A program made the position numbers and the translations under genes. From contig PSPR01000021.1 of NCBI GenBank assembly GCA_004195515.1, forward strand, positions 867 through 64,866: a stretch of DNA of 64,000 bases, given 5' to 3'. Source of the DNA: Methanobacteriota archaeon (GTDB taxonomy: Archaea; Thermoplasmatota; Poseidoniia; Poseidoniales; Poseidoniaceae). Positions 42,571 through 51,906 of this stretch are shown piece after piece. The notes under the pieces were generated by a model. The model worked only from the letters and a program-made list of their open reading frames with translations, ran no database searches and had not been told where the DNA came from. Position 1 is the first letter of the stretch; every line of letters starts with the position of its first letter.

Positions 42571-43155
42571 TCAGTAGGTTTCTCGCATTAGTTTGTGAAT
42601 CTTATACGGCAAGAGAGCCCGGTTAACCGGCGTAACCTCTAGGATTCTTGCATCATCTCTGCGCCGAATATCTTGAAGAAGAGGATGACGGCTTTTCTTG
42701 TGAAGCGCGAGTAAAGTAGGTTTGTCTTGCTCCAAAGCCGACCTAACCATATTGACAAATTCTTCGGATTCGACTGCAAATTTACCAATTTCATCGATCA
42801 CAATGACCTCAGAGTAATCTCGGGCATGCTCTATTGCAGGAATTGCGACAGCTTCCAATGCTTCGAGGTCAATGCCGTAACCCAAAACCCTCAATCTACT
42901 ATCGATTTCTTTGTGGGCAATAATGCCCTCGGCTCCAGTTTTGATATCGATTACCTTGTAACCCACACGTTCGGAGTTCACTACCACGGGTTCGGTTCTC
43001 ATTCCACCGATGATATCAGTGCCATAGCCATCCCCGCCTCTTGCGGAAATTTCACGGCGCCGTTCATCTTCTAACATCTCAAGAACTTTGGCAAGAACTG
43101 CAGATTTACCAGAACGAGGTAAGCCTGTAATGCCGATCTTTGGATGTATTCCCAT
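42571..43155 (-). CDS. THEP1/MJ1559-type nucleoside-triphosphatase
   Basis: Walker A 'GLPRSGKS', Walker B 'VIVIDEIG', and a size typical of archaeal THEP1 NTPases. Confidence 0.72.
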   Translation of the reverse strand: MGIHPKIGITGLPRSGKSAVLAKVLEMLEDERRREISARGGDGYGTDIIGGMRTEPVVVNSERVGYKVIDIKTGAEGIIAHKEIDSRLRVLGYGIDLEALEAVAIPAIEHARDYSEVIVIDEIGKFAVESEEFVNMVRSALEQDKPTLLALHKKSRHPLLQDIRRRDDARILEVTPVNRALLPYKIHKLMRETY

Positions 43156-43281
43156 GTTATTTCTCTCCCGTGTCTGCGATAACCTGTGGTGCTCTGATTA
43201 TGTCGAGGTATGTTCTGATAATAAGTATGAGGGGTGCCTTCTCAAAAATTGGCTCTAAAAGAATGGAGAAGTTTGAACCCA

Positions 43282-45348
43282 TCAAACGATTGTTGCGAGT
43301 GCAGATATTGCCAAATTAGGCGCGATTAGTGGTAACATTTCCAATTCATAATTATTGACATTATTATTCGCCGCCCAACAACGAGCCCAAATATCTAGGT
43401 TTTCCTCATTTAATAAACCGCAAAGCCAAGATAATCCTTCCTTCAAAGAAGAATTATTCAATGCTAAAAATTCCTCACTAGCTTTGGATAATTCGATATG
43501 ATTAACACTATTTCCAAGCACGCTGCCTTCATCGATCAGAGCCCAACGCAATCTGCGTTGCTGCTTTGCATTTACAATCGCTTGACAAGCAAGTCTTGGC
43601 CCGTGAAATACATCTGAAGATCCAGTCCACATCGATAATTGTCGTTCGGCAGCCCTAGAAGGAATACTCGAATCAAATGCGGGGTGATGAATAAATATTT
43701 CACCGTTCTCTTCGGTAAAATGGACCCCTCTGATAAAAGGTCTCGATTTTTTACTCTTTACCCAAGTTTGAATACTGGAAGAATATGAGTTTTGGTCGAT
43801 TTCACCCACTCTAACTCTGATGCTATCACCGCCTCTAACTAGCCAATGATCGCTATCGCCAAGCCGTGGATTCTTTGCCATTTGATCAATAATTTTCAGA
43901 ACGTTTTTTCGCTCGTAAGTATTTTTTGGCAACCTCGGCACAGCCCATGTATTTCTGGTCCAATCGTGCCATTGAGACAATGCTAATTCGTAACTTTGCA
44001 CCTTCGGTGCCAATCCAGCACCTTTTCTTATCAAATCATTTCTTTGGATAGGGCCCTGAATGGTAAGGGAATTGGTAATACCTTTAGATGATACTGAAAT
44101 AACTACAGCCCCTTGGGTAATTCCAGGAAATAGTAAATTTGCCTCTTCGATTGCCCAGACATTATTCCAAGAATTAGATTTCACCAGCAATTCTCGCAGA
44201 GGCGCACTCGATTGTTCCCTCAATAAGGAATCTGGGGCGATCAATCGTAAGGTTCCTCCAGGCTTAAGAATCTGCAATCCTCGTTCAATAAATAGTCTAT
44301 ATAAATTGACATTTCCTCGCATTGTTGAAAACCGACGGTGCCCACTTTCATCGACCAATTCTCTTAATTTCTCGCCCAATTCTCTACGAAGTTGAGAACC
44401 GTCTTCATGGCCTCTAAATCGGTCTTTGATCCGTAGCCACGGGGGATTTGTAATCACCAATCTAGGCGCCTCTTGCCAAGGCCAATCGTCTTGTAAACTA
44501 TCACAAGACTTCACGCTTTGTTGCAAAATTTCTAAAACCTCGGTCTGGGATAACTTCCCCGGAACCGCCTTACCGATGGTTGCAAGGTTTTGTCGAACCG
44601 CTTCCAAATGGATTCGTATTTTTGCGGTTGCAACAATAAATGGATCGATATCGACCAATTGCAGATTCGAGAGCAATAATCGAGTATCATCTTCAATCAC
44701 ACAATCATCTTGATCTTTTAGTGCCTCACTGTGGAATCTCAATAGTCTTGCAACAAAAAGGCCCCCTCCACAAGCAGAATCCGCAATTGGCAATGGGATT
44801 CCACTAATTGTACGGATGTTGTTTTCAACATCTTCCTTTGCTTGATCAAATTGGGAAGTATTTGGTTCCTCAACGATGGAAGTTAGGTTAAATTTTTCTA
44901 AATGGGCTCTAAAGCCAGGGGGCAATGCATCCAATGGCATTTTTGGATTTATCTCTTCTTCAACTTGAATTAAAGCCGGTTCTAACATTTCAGATTTGAG
45001 AATGGCGTCTGCTAATCGAGGAGGGGTTGGATGGGCTCCACGGGGGGAACGGCCATCGGTCTCGGCATCCAATCTAGCGAGTAAATGATCGAGAACATGA
45101 CCGGGGTCAGTCAGAAGATTTGCAGGTAAAGTAGGCCAATCAGCAGGCAGTAAAGCAGCAACTGGCTTCCTTGCAGTCAGCGAGTTAGACCAAGCATTTG
45201 TCCAAATGCCGATTTGGGATTTACGGTCGGAGAGGGTTCTGTCCAATCGTGCATACCACCCGCTGACCCCATTATGCAAGCACTCACCCCGGCCGGCCGG
45301 AGCGAAACCCATCTTTGAGGGTGCCGGCCGATTATAGGATGCCTTCAT
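43282..45348 (-). CDS. N6-adenine DNA methyltransferase (gamma class, Eco57I/TaqI-like) with a large C-terminal (target-recognition?) region
   Basis: Motif X 'HPTPPRLADAIL', motif I 'IADSACGGGLFV', motif IV 'VITNPPW'. The start is uncertain (TTG 45390, ATG 45348 or ATG 45312). Confidence 0.8.
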   Translation of the reverse strand: MKASYNRPAPSKMGFAPAGRGECLHNGVSGWYARLDRTLSDRKSQIGIWTNAWSNSLTARKPVAALLPADWPTLPANLLTDPGHVLDHLLARLDAETDGRSPRGAHPTPPRLADAILKSEMLEPALIQVEEEINPKMPLDALPPGFRAHLEKFNLTSIVEEPNTSQFDQAKEDVENNIRTISGIPLPIADSACGGGLFVARLLRFHSEALKDQDDCVIEDDTRLLLSNLQLVDIDPFIVATAKIRIHLEAVRQNLATIGKAVPGKLSQTEVLEILQQSVKSCDSLQDDWPWQEAPRLVITNPPWLRIKDRFRGHEDGSQLRRELGEKLRELVDESGHRRFSTMRGNVNLYRLFIERGLQILKPGGTLRLIAPDSLLREQSSAPLRELLVKSNSWNNVWAIEEANLLFPGITQGAVVISVSSKGITNSLTIQGPIQRNDLIRKGAGLAPKVQSYELALSQWHDWTRNTWAVPRLPKNTYERKNVLKIIDQMAKNPRLGDSDHWLVRGGDSIRVRVGEIDQNSYSSSIQTWVKSKKSRPFIRGVHFTEENGEIFIHHPAFDSSIPSRAAERQLSMWTGSSDVFHGPRLACQAIVNAKQQRRLRWALIDEGSVLGNSVNHIELSKASEEFLALNNSSLKEGLSWLCGLLNEENLDIWARCWAANNNVNNYELEMLPLIAPNLAISALATIV

Positions 45349-45790
45349 CGCCCGGGATTGGGGTTGCGATGATTTTTCTACCTTCGGCAACCCCTTTCCA
45401 ACATTTTGAAACCCAATTCAGAACCATTGACATTTTTGATTTTGAAAGCCCGCCAGCATCTGCGATTTTTTTGAGAATATCCAACTCCATTTCGTCGTAT
45501 TCACCATCGACTGAAGCAACGATTGCACCATCTCTAAGGGCCAATCTAATCGCAGCCTCTTCCATGCCTTCGAGAATAGAATCCAATTCTGGTGGCTCAG
45601 TCAGCAATTGGCGAACCTCTTCACGACTTTCAGGATGAAGCATCATCGCACCCATCGCCGCTTCGATCGCGGCCATTTCTTCACGTACCAAGGTTCCATC
45701 AGCCGCTGCGACCAGTACTAATATGCAAGCGATTTTTCGGCGTTGTTCCTCCTCGAGAGCGAGAAGCGCATCCGGGAACAAGAGAATCAC
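45332..45790 (-). CDS. TerB-like domain protein (152 aa)
   Basis: 'LVLVAAADGTLVREEMAAIEAAM' and 'GAIVASVDGEYDEMELDILKKIADAGGL' match the two TerB 'A..DG....E' helical motifs. The GTG start overlaps the upstream stop (GTGA). Confidence 0.6.
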   Translation of the reverse strand: MILLFPDALLALEEEQRRKIACILVLVAAADGTLVREEMAAIEAAMGAMMLHPESREEVRQLLTEPPELDSILEGMEEAAIRLALRDGAIVASVDGEYDEMELDILKKIADAGGLSKSKMSMVLNWVSKCWKGVAEGRKIIATPIPGDEGIL

Positions 45791-46218
45791 CTTGAAAGGT
45801 CATTCAATAACTCATATCCGGATTGCATCCATGAATACCCTTCCACAGTCCAAGCCAATAATCGGTTGATAGCATCTGGTGCTAGGTCAAAATGTTTAGC
45901 GATTTTATCCAATACCTCTCGTTCATCCTCATCGACAGTCCCATCGGCTGCAGCCATCAAGACCGCATCTCTAAGAGCCAAACGGCCAGATTCAGGGCCT
46001 AGGCCGGCCAAACAATCATCGAGAGATGGTGGTGACTTGAGTGAAGCACGGATTTTATCTCGTTGTTTGGGCGAGAGCAAAGCGGTTCCGAGTCTTTGTT
46101 CGAACATAGCCATCTCCTCAACGGTTAATTCGTTATCAACCCGAGTCATATGCGCTAATAATAAGGCATAGGCGAATCTTTCGGACCGAGGCAATTTGTG
46201 AACGGTGTCTGGCAGCAT
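45787..46218 (-). CDS. TerB-like domain protein, paralogue of 45332..45790
   Basis: 'LLLAHMTRVDNELTVEEMAMFEQRL' and 'DAVLMAAADGTVDEDEREVLDKIAKHFDL'. I chose the start at ATG 46218 to avoid overlap with the divergent glutaredoxin gene. Confidence 0.55.
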   Translation of the reverse strand: MLPDTVHKLPRSERFAYALLLAHMTRVDNELTVEEMAMFEQRLGTALLSPKQRDKIRASLKSPPSLDDCLAGLGPESGRLALRDAVLMAAADGTVDEDEREVLDKIAKHFDLAPDAINRLLAWTVEGYSWMQSGYELLNDLSR

Positions 46219-46299
46219 GTAACATCCGTAGTCGTTCTTAGACTTCAATCCAACGCCGACATAAAGGGTTTGAAATGGTAGAGCAAGACACCCGTAATC

Positions 46300-46620
46300 A
46301 TGGCGGTAGTGGAGATTTACACCAATCGCGGTTGTGGGGCTTGCGTTCGAGCAAAACAACTCCTCGATAGAAAAGGAGTTTCTTACGAGGAAAAAAAGCT
46401 CGGTAAATCCAAGAAGGTCGATGCCGAATTTTCAATTAGGACCAGGGGCGCCAAAAGCATCCCCCAGGTATTTATTGATAATCAGTGGATTGGAGGATTC
46501 GACGATTTGGTGAAATATGATCGGGATGGAGAATTAGATTGGCGATTAGGATTGGAAAAAAAACCAACCATCGGAATCGGCAAAAAAATTATTCGTCTGT
46601 TGAAGGGGGAGAAATATTGA
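46300..46620 (+). CDS. Glutaredoxin-like protein with an atypical CGAC active site
   Basis: 'VEIYTNRGCGACVRAKQLL' and 'SIPQVFIDNQWIGGFDDL' fit the glutaredoxin fold. The active site is CGAC instead of CPYC. Confidence 0.75.
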   Translation: MAVVEIYTNRGCGACVRAKQLLDRKGVSYEEKKLGKSKKVDAEFSIRTRGAKSIPQVFIDNQWIGGFDDLVKYDRDGELDWRLGLEKKPTIGIGKKIIRLLKGEKY

Positions 46621-47011
46621 TGTTTTTGAAGGCGATTTCTCGTTGTCCAATATAATTCAATACCCCCCATAAGGCAGAATTTAAAATCCAAACCAATCGC
46701 ACATTTAGCCCAATAGAAACAGACCCAATATAGTAGCAAGCGGTAGAACCGACCCAGCCAACAGTATAGACCGACATCGAAGCCGGAATCGTCCAACTGG
46801 TATCTCTATTGGAATCAAACGTCCACTTTCGATGGGTCCAATGGGCAAAATATGAGCCAACCATCCATGCGATTGCCCAAGAGACAGATGGCCAATAAGC
46901 ATCGTTGGGTAAGAGCTGATAACACAATTCCCACACCATGTAAAAAAAGGCGCTATTCAGGGTGGCTGTAATCATATATTGACGAAAAGTGCCAGAATTT
47001 CTGAGCATCAA
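46589..47011 (-). CDS. GtrA-like small membrane protein (glycan synthesis associated)
   Basis: 140 aa, 4 TM helices, co-directional with and overlapping sugar-nucleotide genes. The family call is tentative. Confidence 0.5.
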   Translation of the reverse strand: MMLRNSGTFRQYMITATLNSAFFYMVWELCYQLLPNDAYWPSVSWAIAWMVGSYFAHWTHRKWTFDSNRDTSWTIPASMSVYTVGWVGSTACYYIGSVSIGLNVRLVWILNSALWGVLNYIGQREIAFKNINISPPSTDE

Positions 47012-47829
47012 TCATCCCCCGTAATAACATCCGAAGCAAGCCCGGTTTGGATTTGTCTCAATCTTGAGTTATCGTTTTGGATTGCATTGAGAATCTCATA
47101 ATCAACACCGAGTGATTTAGCAAAATTTTTCAAGGCGAGTGTATCCTTCGGTAGACATTTACCACCAAATCCTCTCGACAATCCCATCATAGGTTCAAGA
47201 TGAGAAGGCCCAATCATTTGGTCTTGTGGTGCTGTGATAATGTCTTTAATCACACTCCACTCAACACCCAATTTTTGACAGATATCGTACATCTGATTGG
47301 CAAAAATCACCTTGAGTGCATAGTAATTATTTTTTGCATATTTTACTAATTCTGCCTCGGTAGAACCAACAAAAAACGTTTGGTCACCCTTTAAAACCCC
47401 GGCTTCTTTATGTTGTAAAAACACCATATCAGCGACCTCTTTATGTGAACTACCAACCACTAATATTTTTTGGTTTGAAAAATTCTCAATTCTATTTCTT
47501 TCGACTAAAAATTCGGGTGAAAATGCTAATTTCAAATCTGGATATTTATCTTGAAGACGAGCGGTCGTTCCCGGGATAACCGTGCTTTTGATCACCGCAA
47601 TAAATCCGTTTGGTAATCGATCTAGTACATCCTCAACAATGCTGGTATCACACGAACCATCGGGACCGGGTGGCGTTGGAACTGCAATATATGCCATTCC
47701 AACATTATCTGTTACATGGGTTAACACCGTTCCCCTAGTTGGATCATGCACATACAAATCATGAGCACTTGAAAAACAATGTTCGATTGTGCCGCCGACC
47801 ATTCCGGCTCCAATTATTCCTATTTTCAT
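47008..47829 (-). CDS. UDP-glucose/GDP-mannose dehydrogenase-family protein, short form lacking the C-terminal domain
   Basis: Rossmann motif '[13 protein letters not shown]' and catalytic-Cys motif '[10 protein letters not shown]'. It is only 273 aa, versus about 400-450 aa typical. Confidence 0.68.
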   Translation of the reverse strand: MKIGIIGAGMVGGTIEHCFSSAHDLYVHDPTRGTVLTHVTDNVGMAYIAVPTPPGPDGSCDTSIVEDVLDRLPNGFIAVIKSTVIPGTTARLQDKYPDLKLAFSPEFLVERNRIENFSNQKILVVGSSHKEVADMVFLQHKEAGVLKGDQTFFVGSTEAELVKYAKNNYYALKVIFANQMYDICQKLGVEWSVIKDIITAPQDQMIGPSHLEPMMGLSRGFGGKCLPKDTLALKNFAKSLGVDYEILNAIQNDNSRLRQIQTGLASDVITGDD

Positions 47830-48540
47830 TCAGAAATCCCTCCAAGGAGTCTCGAACAAACCGTCCTCTACCATTTGGCCTGCGCGCGCTATGCTTTCAG
47901 GAGTTCCACAATCTATCCAAGTATTTTCTCCAACATTAATTGTTTTTGCAGATCCTTCTTGGATATATTGGCGAGTTATATTGGATATCGAAAACGATGT
48001 GTCGTCCATGGTTGAATCCAAGCGGCGCCAAAATGATGAATCAAAGAGGTAAATTCCGCCGATTGCAAGATTACCGACATTGTTTTTTGGCTTTTCGATC
48101 ACATCGATTATCGAATTATCTTTCATTATTGCAATACCGAACGATGAGGGGTCATCAACTTCTCGAGTGAGCAAAACAGCCCCTTTGCTGAAATTTTCGA
48201 CGGCCCCCAACAAATTTAAATTAGTAATATTATCTGAAAACCAAATTAATAACGAACAATTTTCATTACCTTTTCTAGCCAAATTCAATGCTGCAGCGAC
48301 CCCTTTAGGTTCAGGTTCTAACACATAACTTACATCATCACCAACATGTTTGCGGATTTTATCGATGAACTTGTTTCCAATAATGGTGATATCCCGAATG
48401 CCTGCTTGACGGATAGTAGCCAGAGCATAATCGATAAGGGGTTTACCAAATAATGGCAATAAAGTTTTGTGAGTCTGATTGGTTAGTGGAAACAATCTCG
48501 AACCATGGCCACCGGCGACGATGATAGCCTTGACCGCCAT
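47830..48540 (-). CDS. Sugar-1-phosphate nucleotidylyltransferase (RfbA/glucose-1-phosphate thymidylyltransferase-like)
   Basis: 'AIIVAGGHGSRLFPLTNQTHKTLLPL' is the NTP-transferase signature. Confidence 0.8.
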   Translation of the reverse strand: MAVKAIIVAGGHGSRLFPLTNQTHKTLLPLFGKPLIDYALATIRQAGIRDITIIGNKFIDKIRKHVGDDVSYVLEPEPKGVAAALNLARKGNENCSLLIWFSDNITNLNLLGAVENFSKGAVLLTREVDDPSSFGIAIMKDNSIIDVIEKPKNNVGNLAIGGIYLFDSSFWRRLDSTMDDTSFSISNITRQYIQEGSAKTINVGENTWIDCGTPESIARAGQMVEDGLFETPWRDF

Positions 48541-48570
48541 ATCATCCCCTCAAGTCGGGGGTTTATGGAT

Positions 48571-49260
48571 TCACCCGGAATCTTCATCCGGATTCGCTAC
48601 CTTTGAGAACGCCCCTTCTTCGGCATTTTTCTCAAAATAATCTGTTTTGACCAAATCACCTAATTTTTCAACGCCATATTCAATGATATCAGGGTCGTTT
48701 GCTTCAGCACGCTCCCATCTTTTTTGAGCATATTCCGCATAGACATCATCAGCACCTGCGACCATTATTTCACCGTCGGTCAATCTCCCTTCAAGATCCT
48801 TGAATACCACACCTTCTTTGATAGCATCTCTTCTCTCTGGCTCATGGCCCATCTTAAAATCAGTTTTCCCCCAATCAGGGCCTCGTTCATCAGATGGTCT
48901 TGCTAAAACAGGAACCACAGTCATAGATTTTTCGCGGATCCTTTCTGCTAAAATTCTTTGATAATGAGCAAATCTTATTTCTTTATCGGGAATATCAAAC
49001 ATTTCTGTCATATCGAATTGCTCGATGAATTCATTCTCAATTTTCCGTCTTCTAAATAGCGAAAAAACAGTAAAAATAAAAAATGTTGATGAAAAATAAA
49101 CTGTGATTATCGGTATACCTTTTAGAATAAATAAAGCGATAAAACCCAAAGGAGGCAAGGTTGAAAAAATACTGAGTAATTGGTTTTTCAGTAAACGCCC
49201 CTTCAATCCATCCAATGTTTCATCGGCTCGAATCTCAGATTCTTCAACACTTAACGGCAC
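48571..49260 (-). CDS. Hypothetical protein with 2 TM helices and a charged soluble C-terminal domain
   Basis: A clean ORF with no recognisable motif. Confidence 0.5.
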   Translation of the reverse strand: MPLSVEESEIRADETLDGLKGRLLKNQLLSIFSTLPPLGFIALFILKGIPIITVYFSSTFFIFTVFSLFRRRKIENEFIEQFDMTEMFDIPDKEIRFAHYQRILAERIREKSMTVVPVLARPSDERGPDWGKTDFKMGHEPERRDAIKEGVVFKDLEGRLTDGEIMVAGADDVYAEYAQKRWERAEANDPDIIEYGVEKLGDLVKTDYFEKNAEEGAFSKVANPDEDSG

Positions 49261-49274
49261 CGGCCTTATTCCAC

Positions 49275-49856
49275 CTAGCCAAGCATGGCTATAACGTCCT
49301 CAGACATCGAAGGACATGAATCCTGCGCCTCCTGCATTAGTACAGAGTCACGCATGTTGATAGATTGGCGTGGTTCAAGTGCTAGTTTTTCTAATACCGC
49401 GGTTAAAACTTCTTGCATTCTTGCGGTTTGACTACCCTGGGAGATGATCATTCTTTCAAGTGATTCTAGAGTTTCTATCGAACGGGTACCACTCATTTCA
49501 ATTGCTTTTTTCTGGGCTTTAATAGCTTCTTTTTGAGTGCTTAATAATTTTCTAGCCGCAGGTGAGCCAATCGAATCGCGTCGTTCGAGTTCGACCAAGG
49601 CCTGGCGAAGATTTTCATCGGTCCGATTCAAGATATTTCCAATCTGATTTATCCGACTACTGGCGAGATTTAATTCGGTTTGTAATCGTCGAGCTCGTTG
49701 TTTTAATTGTTTTCGGACATTGGATTGAATTACAGAATCTGAAAAAAATGCGACCAATACCGCTATTCCAAGAGCAAAATCTTGCGGGCCACCAATTATT
49801 CTTATCGTCATCCATGTCGCGGTTCCCATCAGTGCAGACCTTGCTATTCCCATCAA
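49275..49856 (-). CDS. Hypothetical membrane-anchored coiled-coil protein
   Basis: N-terminal hydrophobic helices followed by about 130 aa of heptad-like charged sequence. Confidence 0.5.
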   Translation of the reverse strand: MMGIARSALMGTATWMTIRIIGGPQDFALGIAVLVAFFSDSVIQSNVRKQLKQRARRLQTELNLASSRINQIGNILNRTDENLRQALVELERRDSIGSPAARKLLSTQKEAIKAQKKAIEMSGTRSIETLESLERMIISQGSQTARMQEVLTAVLEKLALEPRQSINMRDSVLMQEAQDSCPSMSEDVIAMLG

Positions 49857-49921
49857 CCATTAATTAGGTGTTCACCCTATATGTTGGTCCGAGAGGGGTG
49901 CCCATGGGACCCCATTCAAAA

Positions 49922-50536
49922 TCACTCATCTGGAATGAAGCAGTCATCATCTATTTCGTGAAGTTGCCCGGTTGAAATTAAATGGTCTAACGCTTCATCA
50001 CATTCAACGGGGTCGATTCCATTTTCCAATAATGGAGTATAGAGGTCGGATAAATCCGCCCAATTAGCCCCGGTGCCAATTTTGTCATGGGCAGCCATCA
50101 TCATCATCTGGGCGGTAACAGCTAGAAGCGGATCATCGCATGATTCATCGGATGTAAAGCCGAGGAATGAGCCAGCGGGATGAGGTTCTTGGTCCAACAT
50201 ATTTTCGATTCGTTCGGTGAGATGTTTTAGAGGGTCAGGTACATCAAAACAATCAAACAAATTCGTTTGCCCTTGGGGAAATTCTCGAATATCTTCCGGT
50301 GCCATTCTGGATTTGATGGTTTCCAATCTTTTCAAACGTTGTTCGAGTTGAATCTTTTCCCTTACCAAATCGGCATTTATCAATGTCAAATCCTCTTCGG
50401 CTTTCATCACCAACCATTCAGTCAAATCAAAACCGGGGTCGATGGCAAGCATCGTATCGACCAATAATTTGACTTTTATTGGCATGTTGTCAATATGAAT
50501 CTCGCCTTCGGAATTCTCGTGACTCTCATCAACCAT
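49922..50536 (-). CDS. Hypothetical acidic cytoplasmic protein
   Basis: A clean ORF, highly acidic, with a central coiled-coil-like segment. No motif recognised. Confidence 0.5.
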   Translation of the reverse strand: MVDESHENSEGEIHIDNMPIKVKLLVDTMLAIDPGFDLTEWLVMKAEEDLTLINADLVREKIQLEQRLKRLETIKSRMAPEDIREFPQGQTNLFDCFDVPDPLKHLTERIENMLDQEPHPAGSFLGFTSDESCDDPLLAVTAQMMMMAAHDKIGTGANWADLSDLYTPLLENGIDPVECDEALDHLISTGQLHEIDDDCFIPDE

Positions 50537-50724
50537 ACTTTCGGTCGGTGTATTGGCGCCCCATAAATATACACACTCCCCCGATAACCTATCTTTCGAT
50601 TGGAGAGATAGATTACTGCGCGGCTATAACCCATTTTGATAACCTCCAGAGGTAATCAACCCCGTTAACCAACCGATTCTACCACGGGGGCGCGTTCATG
50701 TAGGGGGGGCCGTTCGTGAGATTC

Positions 50725-51906
50725 ATGAGCGACTACCGTATCGCAGTCCTGCCCGGAGACGGAACTGGAAAAGAAGTCGCGGTAGAAGCGATGCGCATTC
50801 TAAACACGGTTCAAGAACATACCAATCATGGTTTTGAACAGACTATTATTCCTTGTGGAGGAGAACATTATCTCAATACTGGAGAGGAATGGGCAGAGGG
50901 TTCTTTCGAGTTTTGTCGGGATGAGGCGGATGCGATTTTCCTTGGGGCGATTGGCCATCCTGGTGCAGTTCTTCCAAATGGCGATTTAGCTGGCGGCTCG
51001 GTCATCCTTGGGATGAGAAGTGGTTTCGATCTTTATGCGAATGTTAGGCCGATAAAACTCTATGAAGGAGTACCACATAAAGTCCATGGCAAATTCACTC
51101 AAATCTGGGAACCTGGAATGGTTGACATGACCGTTTTGAGAGAGAACACCGAGGGGTTGTATCATTCATTGCTGCGTCGATCCGCCGATAGAGCATCTGG
51201 TAGAGATCCTTACGAGCCAGTTGAGATGAAGTTCCCTGGTTTGGAGGGTGAAATTGCTTATGATCCTCGTCCGATTTCTCAAAAAGGAAGCGAAAGATTG
51301 ATTCGAATGGGATTTGAAATTGCAGAGACAAGAAACGGCGCTCCTGGAGATGGCGAGAAAAGAGTTTCATGTATCGATAAAAGCAATGTGCTTAGAGGAT
51401 GTCAATTATTCAGAAAAACATTCGATCAAGTTGCAACAAGTTATCCTAATACCTCACTTGATTATGGCTATATCGACGCGTTCACTCAATGGATAACTCG
51501 CAATCCAGAACATTATGACGTTGTGGTTACCCCGAATATGTTTGGAGATATTGCTACCGACTTGGGGGCGGTCCTCCAAGGTGGAATGGGAATGGCGGCT
51601 TCAGCAAATATTGGGGATAGCCAAGCATTCTTTGAACCGGTCCATGGCTCTGCTCCAAAATATGCTGGGCTGAATAAAGTAAATCCAATCGCTAGTATTA
51701 ATTCTATTCAGATGATGTTGGATTGGCTAGGTAGAAAACAAGGAAACGATGACTTGTTAATGATATCTTCATTGATTGACCAAAGCGTTGCAGACCATTT
51801 GAAGGATGGAAGATTGCTAACCTATGATTTGGGTGGGGATGCAGGATGTTCCCATGTTGGAGAATCCGTTGCTGCACGACTTGGCGAAAAACTTTCACAA
51901 TTGTGA
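50725..51906 (+). CDS. Isocitrate/isopropylmalate dehydrogenase-family enzyme (3-IPM / tartrate dehydrogenase-like)
   Basis: 'IAVLPGDGTGKEV' and 'NMFGDIATDLGAVLQGGMGMAASANIG'. Confidence 0.8.
   Translation: MSDYRIAVLPGDGTGKEVAVEAMRILNTVQEHTNHGFEQTIIPCGGEHYLNTGEEWAEGSFEFCRDEADAIFLGAIGHPGAVLPNGDLAGGSVILGMRSGFDLYANVRPIKLYEGVPHKVHGKFTQIWEPGMVDMTVLRENTEGLYHSLLRRSADRASGRDPYEPVEMKFPGLEGEIAYDPRPISQKGSERLIRMGFEIAETRNGAPGDGEKRVSCIDKSNVLRGCQLFRKTFDQVATSYPNTSLDYGYIDAFTQWITRNPEHYDVVVTPNMFGDIATDLGAVLQGGMGMAASANIGDSQAFFEPVHGSAPKYAGLNKVNPIASINSIQMMLDWLGRKQGNDDLLMISSLIDQSVADHLKDGRLLTYDLGGDAGCSHVGESVAARLGEKLSQL

Noticed and set aside
43282-46359. Interpreting the methyltransferase locus as a classical type II/IIG restriction-modification or BREX system
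   Set aside because: No endonuclease motif (PD-(D/E)xK, HNH) was recognisable in the MTase or its neighbours. No PglZ/BrxC-like genes are present. At about 700 aa the MTase is shorter than typical PglX or IIG enzymes.
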